Source: Chiloscyllium plagiosum
Lineage: Eukaryota
NCBI RefSeq assembly: GCF_004010195.1
Contig: NC_057719.1
Span: 55,572,000-55,635,999, forward strand
Direction of reading: 5' to 3'
Length of the DNA stretch: 64,000 nucleotides
Shown here: one piece after another, positions 36,491 through 47,600 of the stretch
How positions within the stretch are numbered: position 1 is the first letter of the stretch
Layout of the letters: the number at the start of each line of letters is the position of its first letter
The notes under the pieces: model-generated
Told to the model about the DNA's origin: nothing
The model's input: only the letters and a program-made list of their open reading frames with translations
Databases searched by the model: none
Made by a program: the position numbers and the translations under genes

Positions 36491-38439
36491 AATGTTTCTT
36501 TTCCTATAGCTTCTGTCTGACCTGCTTAATATTATGAATATTTTCCATTTTTTAAAATTTCATATTTCCAGCATACACGTTATTTTGCTTTGCCAAGACT
36601 TTGCTTTTGGCAACAAAGTGTAACACAACATCCCTTTTGCGCTGCTTTTATTGCTTCTTTGCTCCAGAAAAGATAAGGCAATTGTGCTATTTAATTGTTA
36701 CTTCCTAACAATGAAATAAATGAAGTCCCATGAAAATTTAAAAACTGCACCTTTTAAGCTTTAATACATATTGAAACAGTCACCTCATTCACCAAGCACT
36801 TCAGACAAGATAACCTACCCTGCAGTAAAAGGTCTGCTTTTAATGCTCTAAGATGTAACCATGTCAAACTGTAAATGTGTTGCACTTGATTAACAGTAGA
36901 ACAGCCTTTGGAATTGATTTGAAGCCAGAGGCTAATTTCTGCAAAAGTGTTGCTATCTCTGGAAGAAATGGTAGATTTAGAGGCACGGAGAAAAGCATTG
37001 GGTGACAATGTCTAATAATCCATTAATAAAAGCAATTAAAAATTAAATGCAAGCTTAAATAAAAATAGTATTGAAAAATTCAGGAAGCGAGGAGAAGCGC
37101 TCTCAAAGAGGAATATCAGGGCTAGTATAATGATGCTTTAAATGATATAAATTGCATTTTTCAATGTTGTGTTAATTATGTAGTCATTTAAACCACTATT
37201 ATGAATTTGCACTTATTTTAATATTAAATTTCCTGCCAATATAACCATGACCACAATGAAAGCTATAAGAGTAGTTGTGCCCAATTAGATTATGTGCATG
37301 TTATTAGAGTTGAATTTTTTTTAATGTGAAATATTTCTGTAATGCTATATTCCGAATATAATGGGATAATGTGTAAGGTTGCACACAGCAGATTTCTCAC
37401 CTAAATGCAAGCTCACCATGATGATGCAAAGTGTTAATTAATTAAAGAAAAAGTTTGATATAAAATCTCAAACATCTCATTATCTAGTGAAAAGACAGCT
37501 TCTTGCAATATCTAATGTACCATTCATTAGGTGGGTCGATTTGTCCAGGCAGAACATGAAGGATTGTTCTGCTTCAACATTAATCTGCTCCCACCTCACA
37601 ATAATAACTTTAACCACTAGGTTGATGTGCCAAGATGTGTTTTTAAATATTCAGCAAATTGAAAGCACACATATCCTGTGAGATTCAATGGAAGCAGTAG
37701 CCAGCAGTAAATAAGCTGCAGGAGCATACCAGCACCAAGGTTGCTTGTAAAAAGTTCAATCTGAGTCAGCGAAAATTACTGAAGAACCTTTTCACCAAAG
37801 ATGGCAAGTGAGAAAATCGTAAATTGTAATCCAAGGATACAGTGGTTGGTTTCATACATCCAAAATGGGTTAAATCACTTCATGGAAGGATGAAAAATAT
37901 TGTATTTAAAAGGAAAAATATTGGGCTGAGCAGCTAAAATTAGGCTGAAACCATTATATTAAGTAAATGAACATTGACTTTTTTTTACATTCTGGAAAAG
38001 CTGCCACAAAAATCTTTATAAACGAATGGACACTTGTTAAAAATAAAGTTGGTGAAAATAACAGTGTAAGTCAACATGTGGTTTCTGGAAAAATGCCAGG
38101 TGATTCAGAAAGGTGATGCTAAAGCACCATTTCCAGTTGTAAATGAAATGCTGACATAGCTAGTGAATCCACGTTCAGTGTAAAATAATTTATATTTAAA
38201 AAAACTTGTCTAAAACAGCCTAGAGGATTTGGAAGTTGCCAGGTACAGTTCCAGGTGGATGAGGAGTTTATTGAAAATGGTCTTTTGAGAGGAAAACAAA
38301 TTTTCGTTATTCAACTGAAAATATTTCTTAAGGAACAGTTTGCAGTGCAGTCACGTCATTTTCAATGTAAAGTATGCAAAAAGCCCAGAGAAGTAAGCAG
38401 GTTACAAATTCTATATAGGACTAAACAGGGGCAAAAAAG

Positions 38440-38752
38440 TGGCATGGTGGCTCAATGGTTAATACTGCTACCTCACAGCACTAGGAACCCAGGTTTAATT
38501 CCAGCCTCGGGTGACTACATATTCTCCCTGTATCTGTGTGAGTTTCCTCTAGGTGCTCCAGTTTCTTCCCACAGTCCAAAGGTGTGCAGGTTAGGGGAAT
38601 TGGCCATGCTAAGTTGCACACAGTGCTCAGGGATGTGTCAGTTAGGGAAAATGTAAAGTAAAAGGAATGGGTCTGGGTGGGATACTCTTCAGAGGGTCGG
38701 TGTGGATTTGTTGGGCCAAATGGGCATGTTTTCACACGGTAGGAATTATATG
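38440..38752 (+). mobile_element. HE1-type SINE
   Basis: ggcatggtggctcaatggtta..ccaggtttaattcc..ttcccacagtccaaag. Confidence 0.85.
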
Positions 38753-39128
38753 AAATAAAATCATCAGGGGAAATAGTGCAGAAAAATCTTTTAAAAAAGG
38801 AGTGGTTGTTGAGACAATTGGTGAAAATAACAGTACAAATCAATAAAGATTACGAAAAATGCAATATGGATGAGGATTTTATTGAAAGCAGTCTTTTGAG
38901 AAGAAAATAAATTCTTATCGCTCCACTGAAAGTATTTTTTAAAGGAGAGTTAGCAGTGCAATACCATTATTTTCAATATAAAACATGCAAAATGTCCTAA
39001 ATAGGAAGTGTGCAAATCATATGCAGTGTTAAAATGGAGCGAAATCATGGAAAAGAGAGGAAAAATGGTGAAGAAAACAGATTTTCCTTCATTTTATGCA
39101 AGTTAAAATACAGAAAGTCTTTATTTTG

Positions 39129-40030
39129 GAACATAGAACATAGAACATAGAACAATACTGCGCAGAACAGGCCCTTCGGCCCTCGATGTTGTGCTGACCT
39201 GTGAGCTATTCTCAGCTTGTCACCATACACTATTCCATCATCATCATGCATGTGCTTATCTAAGGATGGCTTAAATCTCCCTAATGTGGCTGAGTTAACT
39301 ACATTAGCAGGTAGGGCATTCCACGCCCTTACCACTCTCTGAGTAAAGAAGCTGCCTCTGACATCTGTCTTAAATCTATCACCCCTCAATTTGTAGTTAT
39401 GTCCCCTCATACAAGCTGACATCATCATCCTCGGAAAAAGACTTTCACTGTCTACCCTATCTAATCCTCTGATCATCTTGTATGCCTCTATCAAATCCCC
39501 CCTTAGCCTTCTTCTTTCCAATGAGAACAGACCCAACTCTCTCAGCCTTTCCTCATAAGACCTTCCCTCCAGACCAGGCAAAATTCTGGTAAATCACCTC
39601 TGCACATTTTCCAATGCTTCCACATCCTTCCTGAAATAAGGTGACCAGAACTGTACACAATATTCCAAGTGTGGCCACACTAGCGTTTTGTATAGTTGCA
39701 GCATGATATTGCGGCTCCGGAAATCAATCCCTCGACAAATGAAACCTAACACAATGTATGCCTTCTTAACAGCACTATCAACCTGGGTGACACTTTCAGG
39801 GATCTATGTACATGGACTCCAAGATCCCTCTGCACATCCACACTACCAAAAATCTTTCCATTGACCCATTATTCTGCCTTCCTGTTGTTCTTCCCAAAGT
39901 GCATCAAATCACATTTAGCTGCATTGAACTCCATTCGCCACCTCTCAGCCCAGTTCTGCAATTTATCCAAGTCCCCCTGCAACTTGTAACATTCTTCCAA
40001 ACTGTCTGCTACTCCACCAATTTGAGTGTC
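39129..40030 (-). mobile_element. CR1 (HER1-like) LINE 3' part, relatively young
   Basis: ORF 39045-39581 reads PGLEGRSYEERLRELGLFSLERRRLRGDLIEAYK..RGHNYKL..FFTQRVVRAWNALP. (agaacat)n tail. Confidence 0.95.
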
Positions 40031-40037
40031 ATAAAGT

Positions 40038-40109
40038 AGAGGGCACCTGTATTTGAACGTGGGACCTCTTGATCTACAGTCAAATGCTTTACCACTGAGC
40101 TATGCTCCC
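40038..40109 (-). pseudogene. tRNA-Cys-derived pseudogene with anticodon changed to GTA
   Basis: 72 nt: gggagcatagctcagtggtaaagcatttgactGTAgatcaagaggtcccacgttcaaatacaggtgccctct. The body is vertebrate tRNA-Cys-like, with mismatches in the acceptor, D and T stems. Confidence 0.8.
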
Positions 40110-40494
40110 ATTTAGTTAAAGCATTTCAACAATCTTTAAGTACTTGAATACAATTTTTACAGCAAAAGTGCAAAAGTAATTTTGAAGCATTTATACTTTT
40201 CAACTTTATGAGAAAGTTTTGAAAAGTAAGTCAGAAGTTAAATTTCTTCATGTTAATGGCGGCTGATCAATTCAATATCATTATCTGGTTTTTGAAGAAA
40301 TGTTCACAGATTTAGAACATCGTTGAAGAATATTCAACATTTAATGGAAGTGAGGTGATCCAACAATTCAAAAAACTACACAGTAAAATCAAAATCTATA
40401 AAAATTTAGAAAAGTTTTCGCAATAACTTTCAACACAAGAAAAGCAGAAAAGAACAAATCGTGCATTTCTTTACTGTCTTTTGAGATAATCTTT

Positions 40495-41850
40495 CTTATA
40501 TTCACTCATAGAATGTCTGCATCACTGGCTGGGACAGCATTTATTGCCCATCTTTAGTTGCCTTTGAGAAGGTGGTGGTGAGCTGCCTTCTTGAATCTTC
40601 ACAGTCCATTTGATGGGGATAGAATGACAATGACAATGGCATTAGGGAGGAAGCTTTAACCCAGCTACCAAAATGAAAGCACATTTCCAAATCAGAATAA
40701 TGAGTGGCTGGAGGGGACTTTGTTCACATCTGTTTGCTGACCTTCACCTTCTAGATGGTAGTGGTTATGTGCTTGGAAGGTGCTGTATAATAAACCATGG
40801 TGAATATTTGCACTATATCTTTTAGATAGCACACACAGCTGCGACTGAATCTCAATGGTGGAAGGAATGGATGTTTGCAGATGTGATGCCAATCAAATTG
40901 GCTACTTTGTCCTGAATTGTCTCAAGCTTCTTTAGCATTATTGGAGCTGCACTTCATCAGACAAGTGGGGAGTATTCCATCATGTGTCTTGAAGAAAATG
41001 TAGAGAATCACTGGGAGACGCAGAGAGTTCTTCAAGAATTAGATCTTTTATTTGCAAATAAAAAACCATGACACTGAGAAAGCAGATACGCGAATGCCCC
41101 CGAACTTCAGGGTCTGTGGTTTTTAATTTTTTTTATCATGTTTCTGTTAGCTTATCAGCATGTCCAACTATATTAATCAAAGTACCTCACTCTAGCTACA
41201 CAATAAACCAGTGATGTTAGTTCCTATTATCTCTTTAGTTGTACATTCTACTTAATGTTTTTCTAATATCATGGTTAGATATTTAATGCTAACTTTTGCA
41301 ACAATGGTTTTTCATTCCGACTCTACTAAATATTTTCCTAATGTCATGATTAGATATTTATTATCACCTCTGCTACAATGATCTTCCATTCCAGACTAAC
41401 CTGTCATGATTAGATATTTAGCTATTCCATCGATTACAACAGTCTCCTGTCTCAAGCTGACTCTACTAACCATTAATTAGATGTTTAATGTCATGTCCCA
41501 AATATTTATGGTCCCAATCTTGTCATAATGACACCTAACAGGGAGACTAGCTCTACTAACTGTTATCTCATCTCACCATAGTGACCTTTCAGCCTTAACC
41601 TTACTCTGCTAATTGGGGTAAGAGCATTCCACTATTCTTATCCCATCTTGCCTTCCACAAACCACAGATTGCGAGAGGTCTTCATGCTTTAACCCTTCCC
41701 ATGCTTTCATACTCTTTATTTTCCATACATACTGCTAACTTGGGCCTTGTAGATGTTAGACAGGCTTTGGGGTGTCAGGAGATGAGTTATATGTTAAAGG
41801 ATTCCACCCTCAGATCTTCTCTTGTAGTCATAATATTTATGTGACTGGTG
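40495..41850 (-). mobile_element. CR1/L2-group LINE 3' part, split by an LTR-like insert
   Basis: cagcatttattgcccatc tail complement. The sequence gagtattccatca|..|tactgctaacttgggccttgtagatg continues across the insert. Confidence 0.7.
40983..41729 (-). mobile_element. Solo LTR-like insertion
   Basis: TG...CA bounded and interrupts a LINE. Minus-strand AATAAA near 41050, with internal repeats of tcatgattagatattta. Confidence 0.55.
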
Positions 41851-43235
41851 AAGAAAGGTCACTGAACCCAAATCATTAACTTTGCTTTGTCTCCACTGAT
41901 GCTGCCAGATCTGCTGAGGTTTTTCCAGCAACTTCTGGTTTTCAGGCACAGTAAAGCCTTATTGCTCTATCAGAATATATGTTAATCTTATGTGAATCTT
42001 CATCCAAACACATGACCACAACTCAAAAGTAGCTAAGGAATTCCATCCCATGACTATAGTGGATGAGAGTTCTCTAAACACTTCAAATACAAAATATTCG
42101 CTAAACTTGAAGCCAGTTTCTGGCATGTCCCATTAGATGAGAAGACCAGACTTTTTATCAGATTCATCGTTCCATCTAGGGTTGAATGTTATCATGTGGA
42201 TAATAGTCTGGTCCATGCCGAAATACCATAAGAATAAAAGAATACGTACTTGAAACAGATGCAGGCAAAAAGTATTGCCTTCGAAATATGAGTTAGTGTT
42301 GTAATGGCCCACGACTAAGCTGACAAGATGACTGCTTGGTCTTTTTAGCTAACCCAGGATGGTCAAAAAGGTTTGACAGTTATGTCCAACAGATGCTCAC
42401 AGCTAGTATTATAATCTCCATACAGATATACTAGATAAGATAAGATTCTCTATAAGAAGTTAGTCAGGTTTCTATAAGGAAGCAGTTCTAAACATATAAG
42501 CATTCCAATAATGGGCATTTTTGTAAGACTTAGTTTAGCAACAGTCCCAAGTTTGGTATTTAATAAAAAAAGAAGGAAAAGTCTGATCCTACAGTATTTT
42601 GACATCTTTAGGTAATTGTAGAATTAGGAAGGTAAACAACAAATTAGTGTGAAAAGATCTGCTGTATTCTTGGAGCAAAGGTTTCTCGGCAATAAAGAGG
42701 CCCAAAGCATTATTAGGAAGATAAAGTAGTAAATAGTGTAAACATGACCTCTAAAAAACCATTGGCCAGGTGGTAAAAAGGGAGGTCATGACTGAGAGAG
42801 ATAAATAATTGAAACCTAAGTGCAGATGTAGATAATTTAAACAGATTCTGACATCCAAAGATCAAGGGTAGAGTGACAAAGACTGATAACAAAATACAGA
42901 ATGATGATGTAGCTGTCCCCAAGTTGTTTATGGAATCTAAAAAAGTTTCACTTAATGACTTGGTAGAATTGGAAAGTGAAACAATTTTGCCCTCATCAGT
43001 GCAGTTCAAACAAATGCTTTTCATTAAGATAACTAATAATGGAAAGTGTTCAGAGTGGAAATAAAAAAGCTCTATGTAGAAATGGAAATTTAGCTTAAAA
43101 TCCACTTACAGCATGTAAATAATAGGGTTTGCAAACTGCAGTTGTAAGTCAGAGAGATTGTTGCTTGATCACTCTGGCAGAAGTGAGAGAGGGATTGTTC
43201 TCAATTTGTTAGCTGTGTCACAGTAACGTTATACT

Positions 43236-43380
43236 AGGAGAAAGTGAGGAGTGCAGATGCTGGAGATCAGAGTCGGGAGTGTGGTGCTGGAAAAGCCCTT
43301 GGCTTAGGCTCGAAACGGCGATTCTCCTGTTCCTCGGATGTGCCTGACCTGCTGTGCTTTTCCAGCACCACACTCTTGGC
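43236..43380. mobile_element. Short Penelope terminal-repeat fold-back insert
   Basis: gtgtggtgctggaaaagc / gcttttccagcaccacac arms, flanked by diverged taa(c/t)gttata(c/t)tag repeats. Confidence 0.7.
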
Positions 43381-43607
43381 TAATGTTATATTAGAATTAA
43401 TTTTAAAGACTTTATAACAATTGGTTAAAATTAATATCTTTCCTAATCTGCAATACTGAATTTAGCACAGAATTTGGAAGAGTTCTTAGTGAAAAGCAAC
43501 AACTTAGGTTACTAGAAAATAATGCAGCGCAGCTGGCAAATGTCTGGGAAGGAATAACACGGCCAGAAGCATTTTAAAATTCCAAAGGTAGGTAATGGAG
43601 GTATCTA

Positions 43608-43876
43608 TTGGTTGTCCTGTCTCCCTAACCTGCAATCTTCTTCCCGACCTCTCCGCCCCCCACCCCAATCTGTCCTATCACCCTCACCTTGACCTTTTTC
43701 CACCTATCACATTTCCGACGCCCCTCCTCCAAGTCCCTCCTCCCTACCTTTTATCTTAGCCTGCTGGACAAACTTTCCTCATTCCTGAAGAAGGGCTAAT
43801 GCCCGAAACGTCAATTCTCCTGTTCCCTAGATGCTGCCTGACCTGCTGCGCTTTTCCAGCAACACATTTCCATCCA
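43608..43876 (+). mobile_element. Penelope 3' UTR + terminal repeat with hammerhead (family A)
   Basis: attcCTGAAGAagggctaatgcccGAAAcGTCaatt at 43781-43816. 15-bp TSD taatggaggtatcta (43593-43607, 43877-43891). Confidence 0.85.
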
Positions 43877-44449
43877 TAATGGAGGTATCTAGTAAACATC
43901 ATGAGATTATGGGAGAACAAGGGCTGTCCATACAGTTATCCATCACCGATCGCATGTTTACTGGATTGGATGTATAGATTGAGGCGATATGGCTAACAAT
44001 GACAAAAACATTGTATGGAATTATTGTAATGTGAAGGGTATAAAAATATTGGATTTTGCTGGGGAACTCCGAGCGTTATTGACCTCCAATCTGAGCTGGA
44101 TATGAAGAGGGCAAATGTGTCCCATGTGAAGGCCAGCTTTGGGGTGGTCTTTGGCCTCTCCCACATATGGGATAATAAATCTCTGAATAAAGATTTCTTT
44201 TGTTAAGGAACACGGGACATAAGACTCCCCTTTGATATTTCTCTCTACAACAGGTTTCCAAAGACTTTATCTGATTTCTAGTAGAGATCATTGACAAGGA
44301 TGTCATAAAGCCAGATCCTCAGAAAACAAGAGCAGTAAAAAAATGTTTCTTACGTCAAAGTCATGATTTCTAAGAGTGGTAAACTAGTTAGCAAAACTAG
44401 TTCCTGACTTGGCAAATATCAATGAATATTAGAGACAATGGTTCTACAA

Positions 44450-44605
44450 CATTTAAAAGGCATTTGGATGGGTATGTAAACTGGAGGAGTTTAAAGGGAT
44501 GCAGGCCAAATGCTGGCAAATGGGATCAGGTCAAACTGGAACGCCTGGTGATGCCGACAAGTTGGACTGAAGGGTCTGTTTCTGTGTTACATGACTCTGT
44601 GACTC
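44450..44605 (+). mobile_element. CR1 LINE 3' UTR fragment
   Basis: acatttaaaaggcatttggatgggtatg..ttggactgaagggtctgtttctgtg..atgactctgtgact. Confidence 0.8.
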
Positions 44606-47600
44606 AATTGATCTCAAGGATGGTCTTGGACACACATCACGAAGAGGCCTTTCAGACAAACAGAGATATGCTGACTTCAACACATGTTATGGTTTATTGC
44701 AATCCACCGTTTCGAATTGTTATTGGTGGAGATGCCTCAGACACAGTAATTGGAGCAGTTCTTTTCCAAGAAAAGCTAGATGGGGACAGTAGACCAGAGG
44801 ATTATGCAACCCAAGAATTATCCAGTCAGAAACTCAAAGGGAAGATATTGAAAAGGAAGCGCTGTTGGTTACACAAACATTGAGAGATTTTTGCATTAAA
44901 TAATTGAATTCACATTCTTACAGAGACCAATAATAAACCATTGGTCTCACCATTAGATGAAGAAGAAATGGCAAGGGTATTTCCATGGATACAACAATCT
45001 TATTTTCATTGCACAAGATTGTAAAATGAGGCCAAACATGTGGAAGAATTATAGTCATTAGTAGATGCGTACTGCAGGATAACTGTTGCTAACCTTATGC
45101 CAACAGGTAATGAACTCAACAAGGAATTGTGGCCAGCAACAAGCTAGTCTTAACCCTAGAGGTGCAAGCAAAAGGATCCCAAATGTCTTATCATGCATTG
45201 TTGCTGTATAGGGGTATGTACAAAGGAAATCTAGTGGCTGAATTATGAGAACTTATTTGAACAGAACTATTGTTGACAATGCATCAGTTGTCAATAATGG
45301 ACTAGTTATTCCTCCACAAATGAGTCACATAAATTTAAAATCAATTCTAATAAAGAACAGAAGCTTTATCAACAGAACGTGATTAACTATAATAGGTGAT
45401 TTCATATCAAAGCTTTGCCAAGTCAGAAACAAGAAAATGAAACAATGTGGATTAAGATTTTAACATGAATATTGCAGTCATGCAATATGTACCACACTAG
45501 CAATAACTGAACATCAGAAGGACTCAGAATCACAGACACCTTGTCTCACTAAAGAACCATAATCCATCACTACTGCAATGGAATGTTCCTGAAGAAAAAT
45601 GCAATTTTTCGATCAGAATGGATAGTCAACCTCCAAATCATTTATAAAGGGAGGGACTTGGTGTGTGTGAGGGGGTGGGAGGGAAAGGAAGATGAGGTAG
45701 TAGAAATTTTAAAACAATTGCACAAGGACCTTAATAACTAGAGAAAAGCTTGGAGTTGAGTGGGGATTTGGCAGAGTTGTGTCATTGTGTCAGATGTTCT
45801 ACCCATCAGCATTTGTTCATGGGTGGAGTGAACTGAAGTTTCTGGAGTTATTGGAGTTCTGTGCTTGTTACTGATGCATATAAAAACATTCTAGTAGTTG
45901 TAGGCCATACAAATACCTGAACAAAGAATAAGAGTAGGCTACTTGGCCTGCAATTCAATAAGATGATGACTGATCTCATTTCAACCTCAGTTCTACATTT
46001 CTGCAGATGCTTGACAATGCTGAAATGTGAACTTTCTCTTAAGTTGAGTCTGATGTCTCACAAGAGTCAATCATGTATCTCAAATGTAATGTAAGTAGCT
46101 GCTAAGAAATATAAAGGAAACCTATTTACTGATCATTATGATTGAGCTCATATTCTGCCTAAGATGCCATGTGGGCATCCTTCCCCACATGGTCTCAGTA
46201 ACCTAAACTAACACAAGCAAGAAGGATTAATGGCTGTGAAGCTACCCATGATATCCCCGATAAGTCCAGCAGAAACCAACATACCTACGACCCACAATGT
46301 GCAATGAATATATAGGTTAATAATTATATGACTCTTTGTTAATGCACAATTTCCTAAACTATCTACTTTAAAATATATAAGGAATTGCAGCAAGAGTTCC
46401 AATGAAATCAGGAGATGGCTAATTGCAATAATATTTTAAAAGTTTCTCAATAGCAATCTTTCAGCTATAATTTTGGATATACTTTTAATGTGGTAACTTA
46501 ATTATCATAATGGAATTGAAATTATTTGTATTTGCTGTTGTAGATTCCAAATGTGTGTGCACCTGCTGTACCACAGTGCAGTTTCTCTTTGAGTCACACA
46601 AAGGAATGAACTGTTTCTTTAAGTTGTTTTTGAAGCCCTGAAGAAATGTTAATCCAAATCGACAAATTGTCCACATCACCATCTTCACCAACAACCTTCA
46701 CTTCTCCATACTACCAATGCTCTCACCATGATTACGATCCACATTTTAAACTTCTAACACACCAAATTATTCTTAATATTTACAGCAAAAATATCACCAA
46801 ATTAGTCATCATTTCTGTAATGATGTGTAGGATTTTCTATATTTTGTGACACAACTTTCTTAATGTGTTTTTCTTACATTGTTTGGTGTGAAGAGTAACC
46901 ACAATGCAAATCCTGTAAGGTGAATATTGCAATTAAAAATGGCTTCAAATGATAAAGCTTGAAGTCCAAAGCACTTTAATGTGTTTTTAAACTGATAGGA
47001 TTTGATGTTTAAACCCTCAGATTCCTATTTCCTTGTATTAATGGAAAATTATTGAAGCATACCTTTTACTTTCTCGACTTATGTTTAATTCATTCAATAA
47101 ATGGTGTGAACAAAGTAGAAAGAAGCAAGGAAAGGTATCCTCTAATCAACAAAGTTTTATAAGGGGATTTACAATGATGATTGGATTAGAAACATGAAAG
47201 GAAAATTGCATGTATTCACTAGTATGTGTACTATGCTAACTGAGCAGATTAGTCTGTCAATTTAAATAATAGGTAAGTGTGTGTCAAAGTGTAATGTGAT
47301 GCAAAGATATTTAGGAGACAATGTTCACTATAACTGGCTCTGCTACGTTCTGTTTTATTTCACATGATGAAAAAAATGATCATTCTCTAATTACTTGCCC
47401 TTCCATCTGGAACAAACTGAATGCAAGTGCAGGCCATTTGTTCATGTCTTATTTCATCATGTCTAAACCTAATTCTAATTTTCTTTTGAATTTTGAATAA
47501 ATCCAATTTCTGCAATTTACTCACAGAAGCCTTCATTTCAATATATAGCAGCACAGCACTTGATAGAAATTTACCGAGTACAAAGCAACTTCTGAAACTA

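Larger units (their letters stand above)
42297..44252 (+). mobile_element. Long solo-LTR-like insertion (TGTTGTA...TACAACA)
   Basis: 7-bp terminal inverted repeats. It splits the Gypsy RT at the KCEF-like motif. TATAAAA at 44039 and AATAAA at 44174 and 44186. Confidence 0.6.
41990..45650 (+). mobile_element. Decayed Ty3/Gypsy pol (RT, RNase H) with nested insertions
   Basis: HPMTIVDES..KIFAKL..FWHVPLDEKTRL (42040-42180), HVDNSLVH (YxDD-derived), IKPDPQKTRAVK (44305-44340) and LTSTHVMVY..GDASDTVIGAVLFQ..DGDSRP (RNase H). Confidence 0.8.

Noticed and set aside
38255..38656. 133-aa ORF as an intact gene
   Set aside because: The C-terminal half is an HE1 SINE, and the duplicate copy of the N-terminal half has stops.
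40038..40109. Functional tRNA-Tyr or miscoding tRNA
   Set aside because: The T stem is largely unpaired, with further mismatches in the D and acceptor stems, so it is treated as a pseudogene.
44422..44883. 153-aa ORF as a functional protein
   Set aside because: It is a chance fusion of a CR1 3' UTR fragment and a decayed Gypsy RNase H.
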